Under the pieces are notes generated by a model. It was not told the origin of the DNA. It did no database searches and was given only the letters and a program-made list of their open reading frames with translations. The position numbers were made by a program, and so were the translations under genes. This document shows, piece by piece, positions 9,409-18,946 of a stretch of 64,000 bases of DNA (the stretch's first letter is position 1; each line of letters opens with the position of its first letter). Source of the DNA: Candidatus Bathyarchaeia archaeon (GTDB taxonomy: Archaea; Thermoproteota; Bathyarchaeia; Bathyarchaeales; Bathycorpusculaceae); contig JBEKKK010000001.1 in the NCBI GenBank assembly GCA_050010755.1, positions 352,001 to 416,000 of the forward strand. The letters are read 5' to 3'.

Positions 9409-10023
9409 GTGCCATATAGGTTTACGTTCGACCTTTCAAGGATATCACGGTTCTTCTTCATAGAGGTCACCACGGCTGCCTACCAAAAGGACGTGCACAG
9501 AAAGGTAGGCAAAACCGCCCAAGAAATGATAAAAAAGTTCAAGATTCAAGAGGCAACGGGGCTCAACTTGTCCGACGCCGTTACTCTTCTCGAGGATCTT
9601 ATAGATGTGCAGGCAAAGAATCTCATTGAGAGGGAAAGATTCATTCAAACGAAGAGAAGAGCGTTGCTTCTGCCTCACTGCTCCAGGAAATACATGGACA
9701 ACCGATGCAAAGCAGCGTTCGACGCCGCTCTGCCATCATATATCTGCGCTCACTGTTCTCCGGACTGTCAAGTTGGAAGAGCTGAACTTCTAGCAAAGAA
9801 GAGAGGCTATGACGTTTACATCTTGCCCGGGGGTTCTTGCATTCCAAAGATATTGAACGCGAACCACTACGAAGGCGTCATCGGAGTGGCCTGCGGCGAA
9901 GAGGTAAGAACCGGAGGGGAAACACTGAAAGCGATGAACATAAGCGGCCAAAGCGTTCCACTGATAAAAAACGGCTGCGCAAACACTGCTTTCAACATCG
10001 AAAACCTTTCAAAAATCCTCTGA
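9409..10023 (+). CDS. DUF116-family protein
   Basis: RALLLPHC...C..C.PDC.VG...GYDVYILPGGS...IGVAC..E...PL.KNGC.NT. Confidence 0.8.
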   Translation: MPYRFTFDLSRISRFFFIEVTTAAYQKDVHRKVGKTAQEMIKKFKIQEATGLNLSDAVTLLEDLIDVQAKNLIERERFIQTKRRALLLPHCSRKYMDNRCKAAFDAALPSYICAHCSPDCQVGRAELLAKKRGYDVYILPGGSCIPKILNANHYEGVIGVACGEEVRTGGETLKAMNISGQSVPLIKNGCANTAFNIENLSKIL

Positions 10024-10043
10024 GGGAAGAGATAGATTAGAAG

Positions 10044-10205
10044 CTACTTCACTAGTTCCCGTTTCTTCCATCTTAGGTTCTTGCTGTGACATTTTCTGCA
10101 TTTTACCGCGGTCGCCGCATTTCTTGCGCCGCACTGTCGGCATATCTTCATGTAGAGTCGGTGTCTCTGAGCTAGGGTTTTCTTGAGGGGATCAAGTATC
10201 GGCAT
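10044..10205 (-). CDS. rpl40e: 50S ribosomal protein L40e (53 aa, below ORF-track cutoff)
   Basis: Manual translation MPILDPLKKTLAQRHRLYMKICRQCGARNAATAVKCRKCHSKNLRWKKRELVK. Confidence 0.95.
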   Translation of the reverse strand: MPILDPLKKTLAQRHRLYMKICRQCGARNAATAVKCRKCHSKNLRWKKRELVK

Positions 10206-10293
10206 TGTTCATTCTCTCTTGTGTGGGTAAGAGTGAGACATTCCAGTGTCAAATATACTTTTTGCCGGTTCGCCCTGTCCACTCGAGGATCTT

Positions 10294-11175
10294 TCAGGCT
10301 TTAATCATCTTGGTCAGGAGTTCTGCCACGTCGCTTGGTTTTTCTGCAACCTTCACTCCTACCTTTCTGAAAGTATCGATTTTGTTTTCAGCCGTCCCGG
10401 CTTTGCCCATCACGATTGCTCCTGCGTGTCCCATGCGTTTTCCAGGTGGAGCCGACCGCCCGGCTATGAAGGCCACGACGGGTTTTGGATATGCTTCCTC
10501 TGAAATGTATTTTGCTGCCAACTCTTCAAGGTTGCCTCCAATCTCCCCTATCAGTACCGCTGCTTTCGTCTGTGAGTCGTTCTTGAACATTTCCAGGGCG
10601 TCTACGAAGTTCAGTCCTGTTATTGGGTCTCCTCCCAGACCTAAGCATGTGGACTGCCCCAGCTGCTTTCTGGAAAGCCCTGCGGCTATTTCGTACGTTA
10701 AGGTTCCGCTGCGTGAAACCATGCCTACGCTGCCGGGTTTGAAGATGTGTGAGGGCATTATGCCTAGTTTGGATGCCTCGGGAGATATTATGCCCGGAGT
10801 GTTAGGCCCGATTACGGTTGCGTTGACCTGTTTCGCGTATGCCATGACGTTGATGGCGTCTTTGATGGGAATGTGTTCGGTTATTATGACGAGGGTTTTT
10901 ATTTCGTTTTTCATGGCTTCAAGAGCCGCATCTGCGGCGAAGGGAGCCGGCACGAAAATTATTGCGGCGTTGGCGTGATGTTTTTCCTGTGCTTCTTCGC
11001 CTGAGTCATAGACCGGCACATCTTCAACGCGAGTTCCTCCTTTTCCCGGCGTCACGCCCGCAACTATTTTTGTGCCGTATTCTAGCATGAGCCTTGTGTG
11101 GAAGGTTCCCTGAGTCCCGGTTATTCCCCAGACTATTGCACGCGTGTCTTTGCCGATTATTATTCCCATGTTCAT
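10294..11175 (-). CDS. sucD: Succinyl-CoA synthetase alpha subunit
   Basis: GITG..GTFH, VAGVTPGKGG, IGPNTPG, SRSGTLTYE, GKRMGHAGA; start overlaps the sucC stop (ATGA). Confidence 0.95.
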   Translation of the reverse strand: MNMGIIIGKDTRAIVWGITGTQGTFHTRLMLEYGTKIVAGVTPGKGGTRVEDVPVYDSGEEAQEKHHANAAIIFVPAPFAADAALEAMKNEIKTLVIITEHIPIKDAINVMAYAKQVNATVIGPNTPGIISPEASKLGIMPSHIFKPGSVGMVSRSGTLTYEIAAGLSRKQLGQSTCLGLGGDPITGLNFVDALEMFKNDSQTKAAVLIGEIGGNLEELAAKYISEEAYPKPVVAFIAGRSAPPGKRMGHAGAIVMGKAGTAENKIDTFRKVGVKVAEKPSDVAELLTKMIKA

Positions 11176-12320
11176 GAGCCTCCTTTCTTGGAGATTTCGA
11201 CAGCTCGTTGCGCGGCCTCTTCCATGCTTTCCAGCACGTCGATTCCGGCCTCCGTGAGTATTCGTTTTCCCTCCTGTTCGTTCGTGCCCATCAGCCTGAT
11301 CACCATTGGCTTCGTCACTCCGACTCTCTCCTTGGCCTCTAGGATTCCTTTTGCAACTTCGTCGCAACGGGTGATTCCTCCGAGAATGTTTATGAAGAGC
11401 ACTTTGACGTTCGCGTCTGAGAGCACTATCTTGAGGGCGAGCGCCGTTTTTTCTGATGGAGCTCCTCCTCCGACGTCGAGAAAGTTTGCTGGTTTCCCAC
11501 CATAGTACTGTATCGTGTCCAACGTGGCCATTACCAAGCCTGCCCCGTTGCCTATGACTCCGATGTTTCCATCGAGCTTTACGTATGCTAAATCGTTCTT
11601 GAGGGCGTCTATCTCTTGTGGGCCGAGTTCGCTCTCCCCTTCGAGTAGCTTCTTGCGGTATTCTTGGTGACGAAAGAGGGCGTTGTCGTCGATTATCATG
11701 CGTGCGTCTGCTGCGAAGAATTTTCCGTCCGAGGCTTCAACCAGCGGGTTCATCTCGATGAGTTCAATGTCGTATTCCATGCCGACTAGGTAGAGTTTTT
11801 CGAGTATTCTGCCGAGGTCTGAGATTTGTGTTCCTGCGTAGCCCATTTTTTTCGCGATCTGTCGTGCTTGGAATGGGTGGAAACCGAAGTTGGGGTTTAT
11901 CGGAGTTGTAATCACTTTCTCGGGGGTTTTGGAGGCCACTTCCTCTATGTCCATGCCTCCGACGGCTGAGGCAATGGTGACGTATTGTTGTTTAAACCTG
12001 TCCGTGGTTATGCCGAAGTACAGTTCTCTTTTTACCTGGATTTTTTCTTCGATCCACACGCTCTTGACTGGGATGCCTTTTATCTGCATGTTCAACAGTT
12101 TTTCCGCGGTTTTCTCAACTTCTTCGGCAGAGTTGGCGAACTGAATGCCGCCTGCTTTCCCTCTTCCCGCAACCAAGACTTGCGCTTTGACCGCAACGGG
12201 CATTTTCAGTCTCGCCGCAACTTCGCGTGATTGCCGAGGGTTTGAGGCCAAGCCGCCTTGGGGCACGGGAACGCCGTACTTTGCAAGTATGTTTTTTGCT
12301 TCGTACTCGAACAGTTTCAT
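11172..12320 (-). CDS. sucC: Succinyl-CoA synthetase beta subunit
   Basis: MKLFEYEAK, VKAQVLVAGRGKAGGI, GNGAGLVMATLD, PANFLDVGGGA, NILGGITRCD. Confidence 0.95.
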   Translation of the reverse strand: MKLFEYEAKNILAKYGVPVPQGGLASNPRQSREVAARLKMPVAVKAQVLVAGRGKAGGIQFANSAEEVEKTAEKLLNMQIKGIPVKSVWIEEKIQVKRELYFGITTDRFKQQYVTIASAVGGMDIEEVASKTPEKVITTPINPNFGFHPFQARQIAKKMGYAGTQISDLGRILEKLYLVGMEYDIELIEMNPLVEASDGKFFAADARMIIDDNALFRHQEYRKKLLEGESELGPQEIDALKNDLAYVKLDGNIGVIGNGAGLVMATLDTIQYYGGKPANFLDVGGGAPSEKTALALKIVLSDANVKVLFINILGGITRCDEVAKGILEAKERVGVTKPMVIRLMGTNEQEGKRILTEAGIDVLESMEEAAQRAVEISKKGGS

Positions 12321-12333
12321 TCTGACGCTCTCC

Positions 12334-12792
12334 TCATCTTATCGTTTCTATCGCAATGTAGGATTTTGTGTCCTGTATACCGTCGATGGAGGATAGCCTT
12401 TTTAGAATTTCGTCGAGTTTTTCTCTCTCCGTCATCACGAGAGCATCCACGTCGCCAGCTATTCTGAACGCCTTCTGAACGGCAAGCTCTTTGATTTTCT
12501 CGTAGACGTGACTTCTCTTTAGAGGTGAAACCTTGATGAATATGAAGGCGGGAGTCGTGGAAATGCCGAGCGCATTGAGGCCTTCTTCGGTCACGTCGAT
12601 GAAGCCTCTTCCGGTTCTTATGTAGTTCAGGTCTCGTAGTTTTCGCAAGTGAACGTTCAAGGCTTGTCTGCTTATGTCCAGCTGTCTCGCCAGTTCATCC
12701 TGCTTTAGGCGCAGAGTGTAGGCATTTGTCGATTTGCCCTTGTCGCAGAGCAACTGCAGGAGTTGTCTTGAACGTCTTGTGAGATTCTCCAA
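12334..12792 (-). CDS. Lrp/AsnC-type winged-helix transcriptional regulator
   Basis: QDELARQLDISRQALNVHLRKL HTH plus C-terminal RIAGDVD RAM-like domain; TTG start chosen behind a GAGGAG RBS. Confidence 0.8.
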   Translation of the reverse strand: MENLTRRSRQLLQLLCDKGKSTNAYTLRLKQDELARQLDISRQALNVHLRKLRDLNYIRTGRGFIDVTEEGLNALGISTTPAFIFIKVSPLKRSHVYEKIKELAVQKAFRIAGDVDALVMTEREKLDEILKRLSSIDGIQDTKSYIAIETIR

Positions 12793-13005
12793 ATTGTCTC
12801 CTCGATCTTTGAGTTTTTGTGAAGATTGGTGTTTACGATAGTGTCGTTTATTTAAATGTTTAGCAAGAAACAGGAACAAAACAGATTCTTTTCAAAATCA
12901 CGCTCTTGATAGACTGTGGATTTAAACCGTAATGTATTTATTAGCGGAGAAAGAAGGTTATGAAGCCTACAAAAAAAATGGAAACTAGGAGCGAGGCGGT
13001 AAGGA

Positions 13006-13284
13006 ATGTCCGAAAGCAATGCAGTGTTGATCGGAAACAAGCCAGTAATGAACTATGTACTGGCATGCATAACCCTCTTTCACGGCGGAGCTAAAGAAGT
13101 TAATGTTAAGGCGCGGGGAAGATCGATAAGTCGAGCGGTTGATGTCGTCGAGGTTGTCAGACGCCGATTCTTGCCAGACGTGAAGATCAAGAGAATTGGC
13201 ATTGGAACTCAGCAGATGGCACCCAGAGAAGAGGGTGGCTCGCCTTCAAACGTCAGCACAGTCGAGATTTCACTTGAACGATAG
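13006..13284 (+). CDS. albA: DNA/RNA-binding protein Alba
   Basis: [34 protein letters not shown]. Confidence 0.95.
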   Translation: MSESNAVLIGNKPVMNYVLACITLFHGGAKEVNVKARGRSISRAVDVVEVVRRRFLPDVKIKRIGIGTQQMAPREEGGSPSNVSTVEISLER

Positions 13285-13352
13285 AATACCATTAGTTCGG
13301 AAAGCAATGTGCTCCGCCGCCCCTCCTTTGTTCATGGAGGGCCATTCTATAG

Positions 13353-13859
13353 TTGAAGATGGGTCTTTGCAGTTTCTGCCTAAAGAGCGGTATACTGTGT
13401 CAAAAGTGTTCGGCTAAAGTGAAGTCTGGGGAAGTCAGCGAGACAGACTTGAGAGTGGCCCGTTTGCTCCTGTCCCTAGAGGAAAAGTTTCCTTCGCTTC
13501 AGAACGTGTATTTTCATAAGACGGTTGAGACGGACGGGACGTTGGCGATTGTGGTCGGTCCTGGGGATGTTCCCCGTCTTCTGGGATATGGAGGAAAAAT
13601 CATTAAGACGTTGGGTGAAGAGACGGGAAGGAACATTCGTGTTTTGGAGAACGGGGTTGACAATCGCAAATTTTTGGAAGACTTGTTTGCTCCGTTGAAT
13701 ATCTTGACGATTAACACGATTTGGCTTCCTGATGGGAGTACGGAGACGAGGGTTATTCTGGGGAGAAAGCGTGGTCGTTCTTCGCTTGATGTAAAGGCTT
13801 TAAAGGAGATTGCCAGTAAGATTCGCAACATAACTTTGCGGGTTGAGTTCGCGGACTAG
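13353..13859 (+). CDS. NusA-like KH-domain protein with N-terminal Cys cluster
   Basis: LCSFCLKSGILCQKC, KH loop LLGYGGKIIKTL, INTIWLPDGS. Confidence 0.75.
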   Translation: MKMGLCSFCLKSGILCQKCSAKVKSGEVSETDLRVARLLLSLEEKFPSLQNVYFHKTVETDGTLAIVVGPGDVPRLLGYGGKIIKTLGEETGRNIRVLENGVDNRKFLEDLFAPLNILTINTIWLPDGSTETRVILGRKRGRSSLDVKALKEIASKIRNITLRVEFAD

Positions 13860-13879
13860 GCTTAGGCGAGGCGATTCTG

Positions 13880-15196
13880 ATGAATTTGGATTCGGTCGGT
13901 GACTGGCGCAGAACACACTATTCTGCGGATGTTAAGCCCGAGATGGACGGTCAGGAGGTGACGCTTTTTGGCTGGGTTCAGGAAATCAGGGACCTGGGCG
14001 GGATTCGGTTTGTGATACTGCAGGACAGAGAGGGCACGATTCAAGTGACGGTGTTGCGGAAGAAGGCAAGCGGCGAAGTGTTGTCGAAGTCGGATGCGCT
14101 ACAGAAGCGGTTCAGCATAGGTGTGAAGGGAACGGTGAAGAAGACGCAGATGACGCCGAGAGGCGTCGAAGTGCTGCCGAAGGACATCAGAATCTTTAAC
14201 ACGGCCGGGGAGTTGCCCATAGACATAGGTGGAAAGACGCCTGCTAACCTGGAAGTCTGCTTGGATGCGAGGGCGTTGGATCTCTGTCAAGAGAAAAACA
14301 TTGCGGTGTTCAAGATTCAACACGTGGCGACGGAGGCGATTCGAAGTTTTCTGTTCGAGAGAGGCTTTTTGGAGGTGCACACGCCGCGCATAATCGCGTC
14401 GGCTACGGAGGGCGGTGCGGCGCTTTTTTCAATTGACTTTTTCGATAGGAAGGCGTTTCTTGCTCAGAGTCCGCAGTTGTACAAGGAGGAGCTGGTGATG
14501 AGCTTGGAGAAGGTGTTCGAGATTGGTCCGTTTTTTAGGGCTGAGATGTCGCACACGCGTCGTCATCTGAGCGAGTTTACGTCGATTGATGTTGAAGAGG
14601 CGTTTGCGGACGCTGAAGACGTGATGGAGTTGCTTGAGCAGGTGATTCAGCACACGTGCAGGAGCGTTGTTGAAAAGTGTGGGAGGGAGTTGGCGACGCT
14701 GAATTATGGTTTGAAGGTGCCTGAGGTTCCGTTCAAGCGGTTCACGTATTCGGAGATTATTGAGGAGTTGAAGGGGGAGGGAGTGAGTGTTGAGTGGGGT
14801 GAGGATATTCCGACGCCGGCTTTCAGGACAGTGGGGAGGCTTCATCCGGATTTCTATTTCATTGTTGAGTGGCCGACTGAGGCGAAGGCGTTTTACATTA
14901 AGCCGCGGGATGACAGGCCTGAGGTTTCGGAGGGTTTTGATTTGATGTGGAAGTGGATTGAGCTAGTTTCAGGCGGGACGAGGATAGCTTCGAAGGAGCT
15001 TTTGACGAGGCGTTTGAGGGAGAAGGGTTTGAACCCTGAGTCGTTTAAGCATCATCTGCAGGCGTTTGATTATGGGATGCCGCCGCACGCGGGTTGGGCG
15101 ATAGGGCTGGAAAGATTGACGATGGCGTTGACGGGTAAGAAGAACATCAGAGAAACTACCCTGTATCCGAGGGACAAGTTCAGGCTCACGCCATAA
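13880..15196 (+). CDS. aspS: Aspartyl-tRNA synthetase (archaeal type, probably non-discriminating)
   Basis: WRRTHYS, RDLGGI.F, LAQSPQLYK, FRAE.SHT.RHL.EF, GMPPHAGW.IGLER; Pro in the L1 loop (TPRGVEV). Confidence 0.95.
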   Translation: MNLDSVGDWRRTHYSADVKPEMDGQEVTLFGWVQEIRDLGGIRFVILQDREGTIQVTVLRKKASGEVLSKSDALQKRFSIGVKGTVKKTQMTPRGVEVLPKDIRIFNTAGELPIDIGGKTPANLEVCLDARALDLCQEKNIAVFKIQHVATEAIRSFLFERGFLEVHTPRIIASATEGGAALFSIDFFDRKAFLAQSPQLYKEELVMSLEKVFEIGPFFRAEMSHTRRHLSEFTSIDVEEAFADAEDVMELLEQVIQHTCRSVVEKCGRELATLNYGLKVPEVPFKRFTYSEIIEELKGEGVSVEWGEDIPTPAFRTVGRLHPDFYFIVEWPTEAKAFYIKPRDDRPEVSEGFDLMWKWIELVSGGTRIASKELLTRRLREKGLNPESFKHHLQAFDYGMPPHAGWAIGLERLTMALTGKKNIRETTLYPRDKFRLTP

Positions 15197-15306
15197 AGTT
15201 GACAAGCAGCCTATTCGCAAGATTCTTGAGTTTTCATATTTTGCGGCGGCTCTAGCCCAGTTTCGCATCTGTTTCGCGCAGGGACGATATGAAAAAAGTC
15301 TTCAAG

Positions 15307-15331
15307 CGGGCGGTCGCCCCCTCCCTTTTTT
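15307..15331 (+). terminator. GC hairpin plus T-tract terminator candidate downstream of aspS
   Basis: GGGGCG-GT-CGCCCC followed by CTCCC and a T7 run. Confidence 0.45.
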
Positions 15332-15591
15332 TCCTTTACATCAGATGTAATGTTGCTTTGTAATGTTGTATTGTAAGTTTTCCATGTTGAATTTTGACCC
15401 CCAGCTCTGCGGTTGTGACGTCAGTTGTAATTTTGTTTTGTGACAAGCCATTGTAAATTTCCATGTTGTCCGTGCACCCTTTCCGAAAATGCCTCGAATT
15501 TGGTCTTGGAGCGGCCGTCAAGGTCGACCCGCTTTGCGTGGGCCGTAAAAGAAAAATATGAGTTTAACCTATAGAATAATGGGGGTTGAAG

Positions 15592-15780
15592 ATGGTTAAG
15601 TTTTTTGAGCGAGCCGAATGCAGAAATTGTGTTTCCAAGGGCGGCAGCCACTGTTGGAACCAGTGTTCATACAATGCCTGGTTCGTCTCATTAATCCTGC
15701 TTTGCCTCAACACTTTTCCTTTCTTCACCTTTTTTGAGCGTCCGCTCCGTCGAGTCTCTTCATATCCATTATCTGTTTGA
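15592..15780 (+). CDS. Small Cys-rich protein candidate
   Basis: GGGGG RBS; MVKFFERAECRNCVSKGGSHCWNQCSYNAW (Cx2Cx7Cx3C). Confidence 0.35.
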   Translation: MVKFFERAECRNCVSKGGSHCWNQCSYNAWFVSLILLCLNTFPFFTFFERPLRRVSSYPLSV

Positions 15781-15975
15781 CCGCGTGGAACGCGCGAACT
15801 GGCTTACAGTAAAACGTAGGAATTTAAGAGCAGACATTCGCGAAGTCGAAGTTCTGCACGGTGGCAATCTTTGCCCTGAACCCAGTGTTTGGCACTGTTT
15901 CTGTAAAAGTTTACATGGGTTTTAGTTAAAAATGTCCTAAAAACTGATAAACCCCCCTTCTCTCTACTGCGCAGC

Positions 15976-17478
15976 ATGCAAGATGATCTCAAGATCGCGT
16001 GCGGAGTGTTCGGTGCAAAGAGTCTTGAGAACAAGCCAGTTTTTCCTTACATTTATTGGGGTATGAGGGCGCAGAATCATAGGGGTCATCAGTCGCACGG
16101 TTTTTTGACGTTTCAGGATGACAAGTTTCATGTTCACAGGAACTTGGATCTTGTGCCGAAGATAAGGACGAGTGCGATTCAGGAGTGGTTTGGGCGGCTG
16201 CCTGGGAGCGTGGGTATCGGTAACGTGAGGTACACGACTTCTGGAAAGTGTGATGACATGTCGCTGATTAAGGGGACTCAGCCGGTTACTGCGACGAAGA
16301 ACGGCAATAAAGTGGCTGTTTCGTTCAACGGCAACGTTGTTAACACGTTTCAGCTTAGGAAGGAGATTGACAGTAAGTTTCGGGGTTTCGAGTATGAGTG
16401 TGACTCTGACCTGATTTGTCATAAGCTTTTGATTGAGCTTGTGGAGCGTAAGGATTTGGATTCTGCGGTCAAAGTGTGCATGCAGGAGATTGAGGGAGCC
16501 TTCAGCGTTGCAGGCCTTACGGAGAAGGGTGATTTGTTTGCTTTCAAGGATCCGCACGGCATAAGGCCGCTGTGCGCTGGTCACAGTCCGGACGGTTCGA
16601 CCCTCGTGTTTTCATCCGAAACCGTTAGTTTGGACATTAACGGTTTTGAACGGGATTTTGAGCTGGAACCCGGAGAGCTTGTGACGATTTCTGACAAGGG
16701 TTTTGAGAGACGAAGACTCGTGAGTGGTGATCGGAAGGCTTTCTGCGCGTTCGAGTTTGCGTATTTTGCGAGGCCGGATTCGCGGTTTGATGACAGGTAC
16801 GTGTACGAGGTTCGGGAGGAGTTCGGCAGAAACCTCGTCAAAGAAAATCCCGGCGCGGTGAAGGATGCGGACATTATTCTTTCTGTGCCCGAAACGGGTG
16901 ACGATTCGGCGATGGGTGTTCACGAGGCTTCGGGGATAAGGTGGGAGAGGGCCACGCGGAGACACAGGTACGTTACTGAGAGGGCTTTTCTGTTACTGGG
17001 CAAGGATCGCAATTCGACGATAGACAGGAAGGTCAACATTCTGGCCCCGAAGGTTGAGGGAAAACGGATCATAGTCACAGAGGACAGCATCGTCAGAAGC
17101 GACACGACACGGATAATAGTCGAGAAACTGCGAAGAATGGGCGCCAAAAAAGTGTACGTGTTCGTGACTTTTCCACGCATAATCGGTCCCTGCCTGTACG
17201 GCATAGACATGGCAACGTACGGGCAGCTGATAGGTTCACGCCACAGTCCAGAGGAGATTGCCAAGATAATCGGAGCGGACGCGGTTTGCTATCAGTCTCT
17301 GGAAGGACTCGTGAGGGCGACGGGCTTCAAGAAGGACCAGCTGTGCACGGCATGCGTAACGGGCAAGTATCCAACGCCTATGGCTCAACAGATAGCCGAT
17401 AAGATGAAGAAGCAGTTCTTGGAAGGCCGCGAAGAAGATAGAAGAGGGTACGAGATAGATCCCGCCGAGATGGCGTAG
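15976..17478 (+). CDS. purF: Amidophosphoribosyltransferase
   Basis: Propeptide followed by CGVFG, QNHRG, GNVRYTTSG, CAFEFAYFARPDS, EDSIVR, PCLYGIDM, LCTAC. Confidence 0.93.
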   Translation: MQDDLKIACGVFGAKSLENKPVFPYIYWGMRAQNHRGHQSHGFLTFQDDKFHVHRNLDLVPKIRTSAIQEWFGRLPGSVGIGNVRYTTSGKCDDMSLIKGTQPVTATKNGNKVAVSFNGNVVNTFQLRKEIDSKFRGFEYECDSDLICHKLLIELVERKDLDSAVKVCMQEIEGAFSVAGLTEKGDLFAFKDPHGIRPLCAGHSPDGSTLVFSSETVSLDINGFERDFELEPGELVTISDKGFERRRLVSGDRKAFCAFEFAYFARPDSRFDDRYVYEVREEFGRNLVKENPGAVKDADIILSVPETGDDSAMGVHEASGIRWERATRRHRYVTERAFLLLGKDRNSTIDRKVNILAPKVEGKRIIVTEDSIVRSDTTRIIVEKLRRMGAKKVYVFVTFPRIIGPCLYGIDMATYGQLIGSRHSPEEIAKIIGADAVCYQSLEGLVRATGFKKDQLCTACVTGKYPTPMAQQIADKMKKQFLEGREEDRRGYEIDPAEMA

Positions 17479-17512
17479 CGGCGGACAGGATTAGGCGTTT
17501 CAAAGTCACTTT

Positions 17513-18946
17513 GTGAACTTGGAGAATTTGCTCGTGGAGAAGGTGGGCGTACTCGTCGTTTCATACGGTTCAAGAGAGGCCGCGATGGTTGACGCCTTTG
17601 CGAGAAGCCGAAAATACAGGGTGGAGCTTTATGTTGCGGACAAGCAGCGGAACCCGTTCAACATCGAAAGGGCCGCCAAGCACGTTGTCATACCTGACCT
17701 GAACATTGGTGAAATCTGCAAGTTCGCAGAGGCCAACAGGGAAAGCATCGACTTCGGCATAATCGGTCCAGAGAAGCCTATTATCGAGGGCGTGCGCGAC
17801 CTGGTGGAAAAGGAGACGAGCATACCGTTGATCTGTCCCACGAAAGAGTACGCCATAGAGGAAAGCAAGGTCCAGCAGAGGCTTCTTTTTCAAGAAATCG
17901 TTCCCGAAGTGAACCCGCGCTTCAAAGTTTTCGACCCGAGAGATTACCGGGACAAGGCTCAGGTGAAGCAGGCCGTCGAAAACTGGGTTGACGAATTGCA
18001 AGATCAAGCGGTCGTCAAGCCTGACAAGCCCACAGCGGGAAAGGGAGTGGGCGTCTGGGGAGACCATTTCACGACGCGAAAGGGACTGTTTGAACACTTC
18101 CTATCCAACTTTCAGTACGGCACCGTTATCATTGAGGAAAAGGTTAACGGGGAAGAATCGAGTTTTCAAGCCTTCTGCGACGGCAAACGGCTCGTGCCCC
18201 TTCCAGACACCAGAGACCACAAACGCGCGTTCGACGATGACAGGGGACCGAACACGGGAGGAATGGGCAGTTACAAAGACAGGGGCGACGTGTTGCCGTT
18301 CCTGTCCAAAGCGGATCGGGAGAGAGAATTGGAGGTGGTGGAGAAGATTTTTGGAAGGTGGCAGTCGAGCTCAAAGGATGCGTCAGGTTTGAGGGGTGTG
18401 CCGTTGTATGTGGCTTTCATGCACACGGGCAAGGGGTTGAAGATTCTTGAGAATAACAGCCGCCCAGGAGACCCCGAAATAATTAACGTTCTGCCAGTCT
18501 TAAAGGACGACTTTGTCGACGTGTGTTTCAGAATTCTGGAGGGAAATTTGAACCAAATTAGCTTGGAAAAGTCGGCGACCGTTGTGACGTATAAGGTTCC
18601 GCCCAACTACGGTGGATACGCTGAAGCTTTTCCCAACCTTGTGAGAGTAGGCGAGGTTGGCAAGCCTGTTGACCTTTCGGGAGCCTACGAACTGAGCAAA
18701 AAGTATGGTGATCGTATTCGTGTTTATCCTGGTTCGATGGATTTGCGAGACGGTGAAACCTTTGCTCTTAAGTCGCGGACTGTGTGCGTTGTCGGCGTGG
18801 GTGAGGATTTGGAGAATGCTAGAAATGTTTCTCTGGAGGGCATAGCCGCCGTAAAAGGCGGCGCATTGTGGAGCAGAACTGACATCGCTTCCAAAGCGCA
18901 CATTGAGAAGAGCGTGAAGCACATGGAAGAGTTGAGGCGCAAATGA
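17513..18946 (+). CDS. purD: Phosphoribosylamine--glycine ligase (divergent archaeal type)
   Basis: GSREAA, IGPEKP, VVKPD..AGKGV, RDHKRAFDDDRGPNTGGMGSY, NSRPGDPE, R.DIA. Confidence 0.9.
   Translation: MNLENLLVEKVGVLVVSYGSREAAMVDAFARSRKYRVELYVADKQRNPFNIERAAKHVVIPDLNIGEICKFAEANRESIDFGIIGPEKPIIEGVRDLVEKETSIPLICPTKEYAIEESKVQQRLLFQEIVPEVNPRFKVFDPRDYRDKAQVKQAVENWVDELQDQAVVKPDKPTAGKGVGVWGDHFTTRKGLFEHFLSNFQYGTVIIEEKVNGEESSFQAFCDGKRLVPLPDTRDHKRAFDDDRGPNTGGMGSYKDRGDVLPFLSKADRERELEVVEKIFGRWQSSSKDASGLRGVPLYVAFMHTGKGLKILENNSRPGDPEIINVLPVLKDDFVDVCFRILEGNLNQISLEKSATVVTYKVPPNYGGYAEAFPNLVRVGEVGKPVDLSGAYELSKKYGDRIRVYPGSMDLRDGETFALKSRTVCVVGVGEDLENARNVSLEGIAAVKGGALWSRTDIASKAHIEKSVKHMEELRRK

Noticed and set aside
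10205-10978. 257-aa plus-strand ORF
   Set aside because: Antisense shadow of sucD
15500-15575. c-di-GMP-I (GEMM) riboswitch, suggested by ACGCAAAGC on the minus strand
   Set aside because: The upstream GNRA-capped P2 hairpin and the tetraloop receptor are missing
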